This document shows, piece after piece, positions 1 through 9,767 of a stretch of DNA of 64,000 nt. Numbering within the stretch: position 1 is the stretch's first letter; each line of letters begins with the position of its first letter. Position numbers and translations under genes: made by a program. The notes beneath the pieces were generated by a model. That model worked only from the letters and a program-made list of their open reading frames with translations, was not told the DNA's origin and searched no databases. Origin of the DNA: Candidatus Latescibacterota bacterium (GTDB taxonomy: Bacteria > Latescibacterota > UBA2968 > GCA-2709665); contig OZ242358.1 of NCBI GenBank assembly GCA_965208835.1, positions 2,272,001 to 2,336,000 of the forward strand, given 5' to 3'.

Positions 1-191
1 CAACGCACAGTTCAGCCAGTGGTCCGCCAGCCGGACGCCGGAGCCGCAGTTCCATGCGCCGGACGATTTCGGGCGGGTCAGGTTCTCGGACGTTGCGAGT
101 CCATTCTGGAAGCGATAGCGCTTCACCGGTCGGGGGTGGGTCGAACAACAGGGCGGCGGGCGCTGGGCGCCGCATTGGAAGGAAGCACCTG

Positions 192-944
192 ATGCTGACA
201 GCGCGTACAATCGTACTGTCCTGGCTGGTTCTGGGGAGCGCCGGCGCCGGTGTTGCGGACGAGATCCGGGACATTCAGGTACTCGTGGACCGCATGGACC
301 GGTTGTACCGCAGCGAAACCAGCTTCGCGGAATTGGAAATGGAAATCCAGACGCCCCACTGGCGGCGGACGCTTCGGATGAAGATGTGGACCGAAGGGAT
401 GCAAAAAACCTTCGTCACGATTCTGGCGCCGAAGAAAGAAGCGGGCACCGCGACGTTGCGCGTGGGCACACAAATGTGGAATTATTTTCCCAAAGTCGAT
501 AAAGTGATCAAGATCCCGCCTTCGATGATGATGGGATCCTGGATGGGTTCGGATTTTACGAATGACGACCTGGTAAAGGAGAGTTCGCTGGCGGTGGACT
601 ATAGGCCCGCCTTCGGGACGGCCGGAAGCGACTCGGTGTACGAAATCGTGCTGATTCCAAGGGATGAAACACCCTCGGTTTGGGGCAAGATCGTACTCAC
701 GATACGGAAGTCCGATCTGATACCACTGTCGTACGTGTATTTCGACGAGCGCGGCGATCCGATGCGGGAGATGACGTTTTCAGATCCCACGGATTTCAGA
801 GGACGTACTCTGCCTGCGGTTCTGGAAATGAAGCCCTTGAAGAAACAAGGGCACCGAACGGTAATACGATACCTTGATGCGCACTTCGACAGGGGCCTGC
901 CGAAGGACACGTTTACCCATCGGAATCTGCGGCGCCGACGATGA
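192..944 (+). CDS. Outer membrane lipoprotein-sorting protein (LolA-like)
   Basis: Signal-peptide-like N-terminus from ATG192 (MLTARTIVLSWLVLG); family motif SWMGSDFTNDDL; first gene of an ABC operon. Confidence 0.85.
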   Translation: MLTARTIVLSWLVLGSAGAGVADEIRDIQVLVDRMDRLYRSETSFAELEMEIQTPHWRRTLRMKMWTEGMQKTFVTILAPKKEAGTATLRVGTQMWNYFPKVDKVIKIPPSMMMGSWMGSDFTNDDLVKESSLAVDYRPAFGTAGSDSVYEIVLIPRDETPSVWGKIVLTIRKSDLIPLSYVYFDERGDPMREMTFSDPTDFRGRTLPAVLEMKPLKKQGHRTVIRYLDAHFDRGLPKDTFTHRNLRRRR

Positions 945-1013
945 ACGGGAAGCAGCGCGCCGCTGGGAGCGTTAATACGGATTCCTGGTGGGTTGAGAGC
1001 TGGAAGGTCGTCC

Positions 1014-2228
1014 ATGGTGCTCAGAATCGCGTTTCGGAATTGCTTTCGCCAGCGGCGGCGGTCGGTCCTGACCCTGGCGGCGATGGCGGGGGGTTTTGCG
1101 CTGTGTTCACTATCCATCGGGATTTCCGATGGCACCTATCTGGGGCTGATCGAGGCGTTTACCAGGGACCGGACGGGCCACGTACAGATTCACGGGAAAG
1201 GGTATCTTGACAAACCCACGCTTTACAATACCATCGACAATCCCGGTCGGTTGGGGGAGACCGTCGAGTCGTTGGACGTTGTGGAGGCATGGACGCCCCG
1301 GGTGTATTCTCCGGTGCTGGCCGCGGTGGACAACAAGACCGCGGGCGCGCGGATTGTGGGTGTTTTGCCCGGCCGGGAAGCACGGACGACCCGTCTAAAA
1401 TTAAAGGTAAGCGCGGGTCGGTTTCTGGCCATGCGTTCCGAGCCGGAGGTCATGCTGGGTTTTGGACTGGCGGAGTCGTTAGGCGCGACCACGGACGATG
1501 AGGTCATATTGATCGGGCAGGCAGCGGACGGATCCATTGCCAACGACGTTTACCGCGTTGTGGGAATTGTGGGCGACGGCAAGGATCCGTACCAGCGAGT
1601 GGCCTGTTATATGCACCTGAAGGAAGCGCAGAGTTTCCTGGAGCTGGGTCATCGTGTTCACGAAATGGCGGTTGTACTCGAGGACCCTTCGGCGTCGGTG
1701 CGTACTGCCAGTCAACTGAAGAGTCTCCTGGCCGGCGGCCAGGTCGCGGTCTCGCCGTGGCAGGTGGTAGAGAGGGCGTTTTATCGGGCAATGCAGGCCG
1801 ACGTCCAGGGGATGTGGATCTCGCTGGGCATCATCAACCTGATCGTGGCCATCGGTGTGCTGAATACAGTACTGATGGCTATTATGGAGCGCACACGGGA
1901 ATTTGGCGTGCTTCGGGCGCTGGGTACGCGACCAGCTACCGTGTTTCTCCTGATCCTGGGCGAGACCGCCTGTCTATCGGTTTTCGGCGTGCTGATCGGA
2001 GGGGGGCTGGGTATGATCTGCAACACGATCCTGGCAAAACACGGCATCGTCTATCCGACGCCCGTGGAATACGGCGGCTACGTTTTCGATCGGCTGATCA
2101 GTATGGTTTCGTTCCGGTCGGTCTGGATACCGGCGGTGCTGACCTTCGGCACCGCCGTTCTGGTGAGTCTGATCCCGGCGACGCGTGCGGCCAGAGTCGC
2201 GCCCGCACGGGCGATGCGGACTCATTGA
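1014..2228 (+). CDS. ABC transporter permease, LolE/MacB-FtsX family
   Basis: IAFRNCFRQRRRSVLT N-terminus, periplasmic domain, C-terminal TMs with ERTREFGVLRALG. Confidence 0.9.
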   Translation: MVLRIAFRNCFRQRRRSVLTLAAMAGGFALCSLSIGISDGTYLGLIEAFTRDRTGHVQIHGKGYLDKPTLYNTIDNPGRLGETVESLDVVEAWTPRVYSPVLAAVDNKTAGARIVGVLPGREARTTRLKLKVSAGRFLAMRSEPEVMLGFGLAESLGATTDDEVILIGQAADGSIANDVYRVVGIVGDGKDPYQRVACYMHLKEAQSFLELGHRVHEMAVVLEDPSASVRTASQLKSLLAGGQVAVSPWQVVERAFYRAMQADVQGMWISLGIINLIVAIGVLNTVLMAIMERTREFGVLRALGTRPATVFLLILGETACLSVFGVLIGGGLGMICNTILAKHGIVYPTPVEYGGYVFDRLISMVSFRSVWIPAVLTFGTAVLVSLIPATRAARVAPARAMRTH

Positions 2229-2323
2229 GCGGTGTTTGAAGCCGTCCCTTTTCGACCCGCCGCAGCACCTCGAACACCCGCGTGGTCGGGATGGGTACGG
2301 GCAATCCGATTGGTCCGCCTATC

Positions 2324-3550
2324 ATGTTGTTTTTGATCAAAATAGCCTGGATGAACTCCTTTCGAAACGCACGACGGACGTTGCTGGCCGGGCTCGCGAT
2401 CGGAATCGGACTGGCGGCGTTGATCTTTACGGACGGTCTGATGATCGGGATGTCCGACACGATCGTTCGGATTGCGACGGACACGTTCATGGGGCACGGG
2501 CAGGTACACGCGGAGGGCTTCAGGAGTACCCGCGATGTGGCGCGGGTCGTGAGGGGGCTGCCACGGGTGCTGGAGCGTCTGAGGAACGATCCGGAAGTGG
2601 AACGCATGACACTTCGCGTGCAGACGCCCGGTATGCTGGCCTCGCCGGCCACGTCCGGCACCGTGCTGCTCTACGGCGTCGACCCCAGTCTCGAAAGGCC
2701 GTTCTCCAGGGTGGACGAGGCCATCGTTGAAGGGTCGTTCCTCGAGCGTGCGGACCGGCGAAAGATCCTGGTGGGTTCGAAACTTGCCGAAGCGCTGGAG
2801 ATTGGTCTGGGAGACAGGGTGGTGGTGACAGCGGCGCAGGCGGAATCCGGAGAATTGGCCCAGGATATGTTCCGGGTCGGGGGGATTTTCCGCTTTGGCG
2901 TCCGTGAACTGGATGGCGGTGTGGGTTTCGCGCATATCGAGACCGTACAGCGCCTGCTCGGACTTCCGGATGAGGTACACGAGATTGCCCTTCATCTCAA
3001 GTCATTCTCGGGTACCGAGGCAATGGACGCCGGTTTCTGGTCGCGGTTTTCACGGAATGGAAACGAAGCCCGGAGCTGGAGGGAACTGATGCCCCAACTC
3101 AGCGCGATTCTGGACATGTCCGGGTTTTCGTCGTTGATTGTAGGCGTGATCCTGTTTGCGGTCGTGTCACTTGGCATTGTCAACACCCTGTTCATGTCGC
3201 TGCACGAAAGAATATTCGAGTACGGCGTCCTGCGCGCAGTGGGCACGAGTCCGGTGCGCATGGCGATGATGATCCTGTTCGAAGCCGGCGCACTCTCATT
3301 GCTCAGCATCCTGATCGGATGCGGTATCGGTTTCGCTGCGACGTTCCTCTATTCCGTTCTGGGAATCGATTACTCAGGCATTGAGTTTGCGGGCGTGACC
3401 CTGCGGGAGTTGATCTTTCCGGTCCTGCGGCTGGAGCAGTTCGTCCTGTTTCCGGTGTGTGTATTTCTGTTTACGCTCGTCGCCGGGATCTATCCTGCCG
3501 TTTTCGCTGCCCGGCTGAAACCCGCGCAGGCGATGAAGATGTACGAATGA
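2324..3550 (+). CDS. ABC transporter permease, LolE/MacB-FtsX family (second paralogue)
   Basis: IAWMNSFRNARRTLL; ERIFEYGVLRAVG; start codon uncertain (2282-2324). Confidence 0.9.
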   Translation: MLFLIKIAWMNSFRNARRTLLAGLAIGIGLAALIFTDGLMIGMSDTIVRIATDTFMGHGQVHAEGFRSTRDVARVVRGLPRVLERLRNDPEVERMTLRVQTPGMLASPATSGTVLLYGVDPSLERPFSRVDEAIVEGSFLERADRRKILVGSKLAEALEIGLGDRVVVTAAQAESGELAQDMFRVGGIFRFGVRELDGGVGFAHIETVQRLLGLPDEVHEIALHLKSFSGTEAMDAGFWSRFSRNGNEARSWRELMPQLSAILDMSGFSSLIVGVILFAVVSLGIVNTLFMSLHERIFEYGVLRAVGTSPVRMAMMILFEAGALSLLSILIGCGIGFAATFLYSVLGIDYSGIEFAGVTLRELIFPVLRLEQFVLFPVCVFLFTLVAGIYPAVFAARLKPAQAMKMYE

Positions 3551-3578
3551 GCGAGAACCGGGGGAATGGGAGGGCCGT

Positions 3579-4283
3579 ATGCGTGGAGGTTCCGTGTTGA
3601 TCGAAGCGGAGGGATTGAGCAAGAGCTACCGCGTGGGGGAGGTTGACGTATCCGCGTTGAAGGCCGTGGACCTCAAGGTTGGGCGTGGCGAGTTCACCGC
3701 GATTGCGGGACCGTCGGGATCGGGAAAATCCACGCTGCTGAATATCCTGAGCGGACTGGATACGCCCTCCGCCGGCCGGGTGAGCCTGGCCGGTACGCCG
3801 ATCAGCGAGATGGGTGGACGCGTACTCTCCGATTTCCGCCGGGACCATATCGGGTTCATCTTCCAGGCGTACAATTTGATCCCGGTGCTCACTGTGCTCG
3901 AGAACATCGAATACGTCATGCTGCTGCAGGGCGTTTCGCGCCGCGTCCGCCGGGAACGTGTGCGGGAGATGTTGTCTACCGTGGGCCTGGAGGGGTTGGA
4001 GGACAGGCGTCCTCCTCAGCTCTCGGGCGGGCAGCAGCAACGCGTGGCGGTCGCCCGGGCGATGGTCTCGGGACCTGACCTGATTCTGGCGGACGAACCC
4101 ACGGCCAATCTGGATTCGGGCACCGGCGCCGCGCTGCTGGATCTGATGAGGGAATTGAACGAGCGCCGCGGGATGACCTTTCTCTTTTCTTCGCATGATC
4201 GAATGATCATGGATCGGGCCAAACGGCTGGTGGTGCTGAAGGATGGAAGCCTTGTACAGGATGTCACCCGGAGTGGGCCTTAG
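3579..4283 (+). CDS. ABC transporter ATP-binding protein, LolD-like
   Basis: Walker A GPSGSGKS, signature LSGGQQQRVA, Walker B ILADEPTANLD. Confidence 0.95.
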   Translation: MRGGSVLIEAEGLSKSYRVGEVDVSALKAVDLKVGRGEFTAIAGPSGSGKSTLLNILSGLDTPSAGRVSLAGTPISEMGGRVLSDFRRDHIGFIFQAYNLIPVLTVLENIEYVMLLQGVSRRVRRERVREMLSTVGLEGLEDRRPPQLSGGQQQRVAVARAMVSGPDLILADEPTANLDSGTGAALLDLMRELNERRGMTFLFSSHDRMIMDRAKRLVVLKDGSLVQDVTRSGP

Positions 4284-4467
4284 TGTCCTGTCCCAAAAAT
4301 ATCTAACCATTCGACCACCGATTCATCCCGTCTTGCTACGTTGCCTTCGCTCGCCGACCTTACGCAGGTCGCCTGCGCTCCGACGCTGGTTCCTGAGCCT
4401 GTCGAAGGATGCCAGCCGTGCGACTCGACGGCCGAATTCAGGCAACCTATTTCTGGGACAGAACACT
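4282..4467. mobile_element. MITE family B, copy 1
   Basis: Terminal inverted repeats AGTGTCCTGTCCCAAAAATA ... TATTTCTGGGACAGAACACT; internal sequence shared with 7061-7224 and 28831-28987 in opposite orientation; overlaps the TAG stop of the ABC ATPase. Confidence 0.8.
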
Positions 4468-4488
4468 GGAAATTCGCGCCCGGCAGCG

Positions 4489-5709
4489 CATGGGTTGTTC
4501 CTGTGTTTTCTGGTTTTTCTGGCTCTGATGCCAGCGAGGGGGGCGACGGACGAAGGCCGAATCAGGCTGAGCGGATATGCGAAGTCGTTTGTCATGTTGG
4601 AACAGCGGGTGTCCGTCCCCGATATCCGGAAACCGGAGCCCCGGCGGATATGGTTGAACCGCGTTCGCGTGAAGCTGTTCTGGCGACCGGCCCCGGTGTT
4701 GTCGGGCGAATTCGCGTACGATTTGTCTGCACGAGCCGCCCGGGCGCCGTCCGCGGGCGCGCCGTGGCTACCGGCGTCCGCGTTGTTCGACTACCGGGTG
4801 AAGGACCTCGGGGCCAGACTGTATCCCCGCGCTGACGGCACGGACCGCAGCTTAACCGTAACTCAGAATCTGGATCGGGCGCTGTTGACGGTTTCGCTGC
4901 CGAGCGCGGACGTCTACGTCGGCCGGCAGGTTGTCGCGTTCGGCTCGGCGCGAGCGGTGAATCCGACCGATGTCATCACGCCCTTTTCTCCAGAAGTACT
5001 GGACAGGGAAGAACGCGTGGGTGTGGATGCCGTCAGGCTGCGTGTGCCGGTTGGCATGATGGGGGAACTCGACGCCGGGGTGATTCCAGGATGGGATGTT
5101 TCGAAACAAAGTGGCGCCGGGTTTGTTCGCGGGGGGTTCATGGCGCACGGCGCGGACGTCCATGTGATGGCGTTGGGGTTCCGGGAGCATTTGCTTCTGG
5201 GCCTGGACGTGGCCGGATCGCTGGGGGACGCGGGAGCCTGGCTGGAGGCGGCGTGGACCAGAAAGCCGGACGGCCGTTCGTTTCTGCGGATTTCGACGGG
5301 ACTCGATCATCGAATCTCGAACGGAGTCTACGGAACCCTCGAGTATCACCTGAACGGGGCCGGTGTTTCCCGCACCCGCGACTATTGCACGCTGCTTGAG
5401 GACAGGACCTATGCCGCGGGTGGGGTCTTCCTGCTGGGGAGGCATTACGTCGCGCCAGGTCTGGCGTGGCAACTTACGCCGCTCTGGTCGGTTCGCATGC
5501 CCGTTCTGTGGAACCTCTCGGACCGGTCTGCGTTCCTGTCGCCCGCGATTGATTACGGATGCTTTCAGAATGGGACCGTCTCGGGTGGCGTACTCCTGGG
5601 GCTTGGCAGGGGTTCCGGGGCGCCTCCATCTCGTGCTTCGAATGGCGTGCAGTCGGAGTTCGGACCGTTTCCGACGCTTGGTTTCGTGTCCATGAGCTAC
5701 TATTTCTGA
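4489..5709 (+). CDS. Hypothetical outer-membrane beta-barrel protein associated with the LolA-like ABC operon
   Basis: Hydrophobic signal-like segment (GLFLCFLVFLALMPARG), amphipathic strands, C-terminal YYF; the 5' part of the 4243 ORF is MITE sequence, so the true start is uncertain. Confidence 0.6.
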   Translation, partial: HGLFLCFLVFLALMPARGATDEGRIRLSGYAKSFVMLEQRVSVPDIRKPEPRRIWLNRVRVKLFWRPAPVLSGEFAYDLSARAARAPSAGAPWLPASALFDYRVKDLGARLYPRADGTDRSLTVTQNLDRALLTVSLPSADVYVGRQVVAFGSARAVNPTDVITPFSPEVLDREERVGVDAVRLRVPVGMMGELDAGVIPGWDVSKQSGAGFVRGGFMAHGADVHVMALGFREHLLLGLDVAGSLGDAGAWLEAAWTRKPDGRSFLRISTGLDHRISNGVYGTLEYHLNGAGVSRTRDYCTLLEDRTYAAGGVFLLGRHYVAPGLAWQLTPLWSVRMPVLWNLSDRSAFLSPAIDYGCFQNGTVSGGVLLGLGRGSGAPPSRASNGVQSEFGPFPTLGFVSMSYYF

Positions 5710-5802
5710 TGGCCGCGGCGTACAGCGAAATGGCATTTCGCGCTACGGAATTAAGAGCCGTCGTGCCAAATGATCACGTCGAACCTTGAAGTGGAGAGAT
5801 TC

Positions 5803-6846
5803 ATGACCGATCGAAACGAAGCCGCACGCTTGCATAGGGACGCCCTGGTGATCGATTCGCATAACGACGCGATCGTCAACCACATTCGCCGGGGGAATCT
5901 GGGTTTTTCCGGGAATCCCCCGCCGGATGGAGACCGCCGGAACGCCACCGTGGCCGGATTGAGAGGGCGCTTGGATCGGTCGGACATCGAATCACCGGTA
6001 CAGATCGACTTTCCGAAAATGCGAAAGGGAGGCGTGGATGCCGCTTTCTTCGCCGTAGACGTCACACTTGCGGTGAAGAACCATCTGACCTATGCGCTGG
6101 ACGCAATGGGGTTTTTCGACTCGGAAATGGAAGCGCACGGTGCCGACGTGGTATTGGCGAAATCCGCGGCCGATATTTCGCGCGCGAAACGGGAAGGCAA
6201 ACTGGCGGTCGTGCTGGCAATCGAAAACAGCGACGGGGTAGAGGGCAGCATCAACGTGCTACGCATGCTGCACAGGGTGGGCGTGCGCTCGATCGGACTG
6301 ACGCACGACGTCAGCAGCCTGGCCGCGGACGGAAATGCCGAGGCGCGCAGCCGGGGCGGACTGACGCGTTTCGGCGTGCGGCTTGTGGAAGCAATGAACA
6401 ACCTGGGAATGCTGGTGGATGTTTCTCACATCAGCGATGCGGGATTCTGGGATGTGATGGAGGTTTCGCAAAAGCCGGTGATCGCTTCCCACAGCAATTG
6501 CAAGTCGGTGTGCGACCATCCAAGAAACCTGAGCAACGAACAGATCAGGGCGCTGGCGAAGAATGGTGGATCGATGGGCATTACGTTCGTACCCCGGTTT
6601 GTCGACAAGACGGCGCCATCGTTCGCTCGCCTTCTTGACCACGTAGACCACGCCGTCCAGCTGGTCGGTGCCGACCACGTGGGCATCGGATCGGATTTCG
6701 ACGGCGGGGGCACGTTGATGGAGGACGCGACCTCGTTTGCCCTGATTACCGTGGGACTCCTGGACAGGGGTTATTCGGAGGCCGACGTCCGCAAGATTCT
6801 CGGCGGCAACCACCTCAGGGTCTTTTCAGAAGCAGTAGCGAACTGA
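5803..6846 (+). CDS. Membrane dipeptidase family (peptidase M19)
   Basis: IDSHND, VDVSH, ASHSN and GIGSDFDG motifs; GGAGAG RBS before ATG5803. Confidence 0.92.
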   Translation: MTDRNEAARLHRDALVIDSHNDAIVNHIRRGNLGFSGNPPPDGDRRNATVAGLRGRLDRSDIESPVQIDFPKMRKGGVDAAFFAVDVTLAVKNHLTYALDAMGFFDSEMEAHGADVVLAKSAADISRAKREGKLAVVLAIENSDGVEGSINVLRMLHRVGVRSIGLTHDVSSLAADGNAEARSRGGLTRFGVRLVEAMNNLGMLVDVSHISDAGFWDVMEVSQKPVIASHSNCKSVCDHPRNLSNEQIRALAKNGGSMGITFVPRFVDKTAPSFARLLDHVDHAVQLVGADHVGIGSDFDGGGTLMEDATSFALITVGLLDRGYSEADVRKILGGNHLRVFSEAVAN

Positions 6847-7060
6847 AACCGGCCCGCGACCGCAATCGGCCCGATCGCGACGCTGTCTCAGGCGGTCTCG
6901 GGTAACTCCCAGCGGGTTCCGCCGATCCGGGGTTATCAGCCCGTTGAAAAAGTCCATCCGGGCTACGGCCGGCCCTTGCGGTCGAAATACTGCGTTGCGC
7001 TCCCTCGCCGAATCGAGGGATGGGACTCGGTCGCGCGCCTTGTCTTCGACCACAATGGCA

Positions 7061-7224
7061 AGTGTTCCGACCCGGAGATAGATTGCCGAGATTCGACCGC
7101 CGAGTCGCCCGGCTGGCAAGGCGCCTGAGCAAGGAGACCTGTCCGTGGTCGCCGAGCGAAGGCAACGCCACCAGACGGGATGAATCGGCGGATGAATGGT
7201 GACATATTTCCGGGGCGGGACACC
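7061..7224. mobile_element. MITE family B, copy 2
   Basis: Ends AGTGTTCCGACCCGGAGATA ... TATTTCCGGGGCGGGACACC; shares ATTCGACCGCCGAGTCGCCC and GACGGGATGAATCG with the copy at 28831. Confidence 0.75.
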
Positions 7225-7263
7225 ATGCCTCGCCTGCAGAGCGACTTTATCAACGGACTGCTG

Positions 7264-8133
7264 CTATTCGATGGACGGCACCTCGATTTTCTCGCCCTGC
7301 ACGATTGATTTTTCAAGCGCTTCCAGCACGGCGACCGGTTTCAGCATGGATTCGCGGGTTTCGTCGGTGTTGCCTGTCTTGAACATGTCGCAGAAGGCGC
7401 TTGTGCCGCCCAGATATGGATTCTCGTCGTAGCCGATCACCCGGTCGACCCGCCCCTTTTCGCAGATGACGGACACGTGGAAGGCGCTGTGCCCTTCGGT
7501 GAAGAGATTGAGCGTGGAGACGGAGCCGCTCGACGAATACAGCGTGCCGGTATGGTTATGCTCGCCCAGGTTGACCTGCGCGTGGGTGACGTCGTTGTCG
7601 AGCAGCCGCACGGCCATGTCCACCTGGTGGATGCCATAGAAGAAAACGCCGCCCCACTCGGATTCGACGTCGCAGGGGCCGGTTGTGACCACGGAGACAA
7701 CCCGGCCCATATCGGCGATGTCTTCCTTGAGCCGGCTGAAGGACTCCTGTCGGGGTAACACGGAGAATGAGCAGACGGGGACCCCGAGTTCCGACGCGCG
7801 GTCCAGGAAGCGCCTGCCCTCGGAGACCCGATAGCAGAACGGCTTGTCCACGAATACCGGAATTCCGGCTTCCATCAGCGGCCAGACCGCTGGCAGGTGA
7901 TATTTCGCGTCGCGATGGTCCACGCACGCGGCGTCGACCTGACCGATCATATCCTCGGGTTTTTCGACGATAGTCGGAATCTGTCCCCGGTCCTGTGCGT
8001 CTTTGGCGTACCGGGCGGCTTCGCCCCAGACGTGGGTGACGCGGCAGCCCGGTACTTTTTTGTCTATGTTCAACGTTTTCGAAATGGCGACGGTGTGACT
8101 GTTTTCCGCGCCGACAATACCGATGTTGATCAT
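7264..8133 (-). CDS. Gfo/Idh/MocA family oxidoreductase
   Basis: N-terminal Rossmann IGIVGAENSH, VFVDKP, FFYGIH; AAGGAGG RBS. Confidence 0.88.
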   Translation of the reverse strand: MINIGIVGAENSHTVAISKTLNIDKKVPGCRVTHVWGEAARYAKDAQDRGQIPTIVEKPEDMIGQVDAACVDHRDAKYHLPAVWPLMEAGIPVFVDKPFCYRVSEGRRFLDRASELGVPVCSFSVLPRQESFSRLKEDIADMGRVVSVVTTGPCDVESEWGGVFFYGIHQVDMAVRLLDNDVTHAQVNLGEHNHTGTLYSSSGSVSTLNLFTEGHSAFHVSVICEKGRVDRVIGYDENPYLGGTSAFCDMFKTGNTDETRESMLKPVAVLEALEKSIVQGEKIEVPSIE

Positions 8134-8166
8134 TTTGTTCCTCCTTGGTTAGGTTCAAGCCTGCGG

Positions 8167-9366
8167 TCAAGGCCTCGCGGGTGACCCGTCGGGGAGGCGG
8201 GCCTGCGTCCAGCCGATGATTTCATCCTGACAGGGATACCTGGAGGCGAGTTCTTCGTCGACGTCGATTCCGAAGCCGGGGTTATCGTTGGGATACATGA
8301 AACCGCCCTTGACTTCGGGCGTGCCGGGGAAGATTTCGCAGACGCGTTCGTCGAATCGGCACCACTCCTGAATTCCGAAGTTGGGCGCCCAGAGATCCAG
8401 GTGCAGATTGGCGGCATGGCCGACCGGAGAAACGTCGCCGGGTCCGTGCCAGGCGGTACGAATGCCGTACATGCCGGCGAATGCCGCCACGTTGCGGGCC
8501 GGCGTGAGGCCGCCCATCTGGCTGATGTGCATGCGGATAAAGTCGATCAGCCGGTCCTGGATGAGCGGCGTCCACTCGCGCGGGTGGTTGAAGAGCTCCC
8601 CCATGGCGATGGGCGTGGCGCATTGCTGCCGGATGTTATGGAACCACTCCAGGTCTTCCGGTGCGAGCGGGTCCTCCAGGAAGAACAGCCTGAAGGGTTC
8701 CGCGTCTTTCGCGAACTGAACCGCGTCCACAGGTACGAGCCGTTCGTGAATGTCGTGGAGGAGTTCGATGTGCGGGGCCGAATTTGCACGGACGTGGCCG
8801 ATCATGTCGAGGACCCCCCGCGCGTATTCCCGCGGGTCGTAGCGGGCCCCTTCCTGAGCCCCTTCCGGGCCGCGCAGGCGGGACGTTCTGCCTCCGTACC
8901 CTCCCATCTGAACGCGGATGTGCTGATAGCCCTGTTCATGGAATTTCAGAACGTTGTCCAGGACTTCGTTTTTCTCCAGGCCGTCGGCGTGCGCGTAACA
9001 GGCCGCGGCTTCGCGGCATTTGCCCCCCAGAAGCTGGTAGACGGGCATCCCCGCGCGCTTGCCCTTGATGTCCCACAGCGCGATATCCACGCCGGAGATC
9101 GCGTTGTTGAGCACGGGACCGTTGCGCCAGTACCCGTTGACCATGGATATCTGCCAGATGTCTTCGATGCGGTCGACGTCGCGTCCGATGAGAAACGGTT
9201 TCAGGTGTTTTTCAATGGCGGCATGGACGGCGTGAAATCGCTGGGTAAACGTGGCGCAGCCGAGACCGTAGAGTCCGGGTTGGGACGTGAGGATCTTGAC
9301 CACGATGAGGCGCGATCCCGCGGGCTGGGTGAGGATGGTTCTGACGTCGCGTATGGTGACGGGCAA
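8167..9366 (-). CDS. Enolase-superfamily acid-sugar dehydratase (RspA/mannonate dehydratase-like)
   Basis: YWRNGPVLNNAISGVDIALWDIKGK, LLHDIHER, FFLEDP, MGELF, TAWHGPGDVSP. Confidence 0.92.
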   Translation of the reverse strand: MPVTIRDVRTILTQPAGSRLIVVKILTSQPGLYGLGCATFTQRFHAVHAAIEKHLKPFLIGRDVDRIEDIWQISMVNGYWRNGPVLNNAISGVDIALWDIKGKRAGMPVYQLLGGKCREAAACYAHADGLEKNEVLDNVLKFHEQGYQHIRVQMGGYGGRTSRLRGPEGAQEGARYDPREYARGVLDMIGHVRANSAPHIELLHDIHERLVPVDAVQFAKDAEPFRLFFLEDPLAPEDLEWFHNIRQQCATPIAMGELFNHPREWTPLIQDRLIDFIRMHISQMGGLTPARNVAAFAGMYGIRTAWHGPGDVSPVGHAANLHLDLWAPNFGIQEWCRFDERVCEIFPGTPEVKGGFMYPNDNPGFGIDVDEELASRYPCQDEIIGWTQARLPDGSPARP

Positions 9367-9533
9367 GGGTGGACTCCGGGTTATTGGAGATGGACATAGA
9401 CGTTAACCGCGCCCACGGGCTTCTTTAATAAGGTCTGCGCGGTGAATTGTCCACGGATTTTTTCGGGGGTGGCCGGGTGATGAAACCGAACTGGTGCCAC
9501 GCATGGACGCGTCGGAAGGAATACCGATTCTAA

Positions 9534-9767
9534 GAAGCCGGTTTAAAATTACCGGTGAGTTCCCGAGCGCGAGCGAAAAAGCGGCGGTTAAGAGGCACGA
9601 GGGGCGCGTAGTGCCGAGGCACGAGGGGCGCGCAGCGCCGACGGGAAAATCCGGCTATGAGAGGCGAGCAAGCGCAGCCTCGATCTCGTACGACGGGCGG
9701 ATTTGACCAACGCCGACCGGCGCTTTTGCAGCCGTGCGAAGACCGCGGGGAATTTTAAGACAGCTTC
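9534..9767. mobile_element. MITE family A, copy 1 (longest)
   Basis: TIRs GAAGCCGGTTTAAAATT ... AATTTTAAGACAGCTTC; flanked by TAA on both sides; contains an internal 24-bp tandem duplication (GAGGCACGAGGGGCGCGYAGYGCC x2). Confidence 0.82.

Noticed and set aside
4243-4488. N-terminal extensions of ORFs 4243-5709, 21377-23110 and 58702-60507
   Set aside because: They translate MITE sequence; signal peptides and RBSs point to downstream starts.
6937-7020. CAGCCCGTTGAAAAAGTCC, a possible end of a third IS/MITE family
   Set aside because: No matching opposite end or second copy found in the window.
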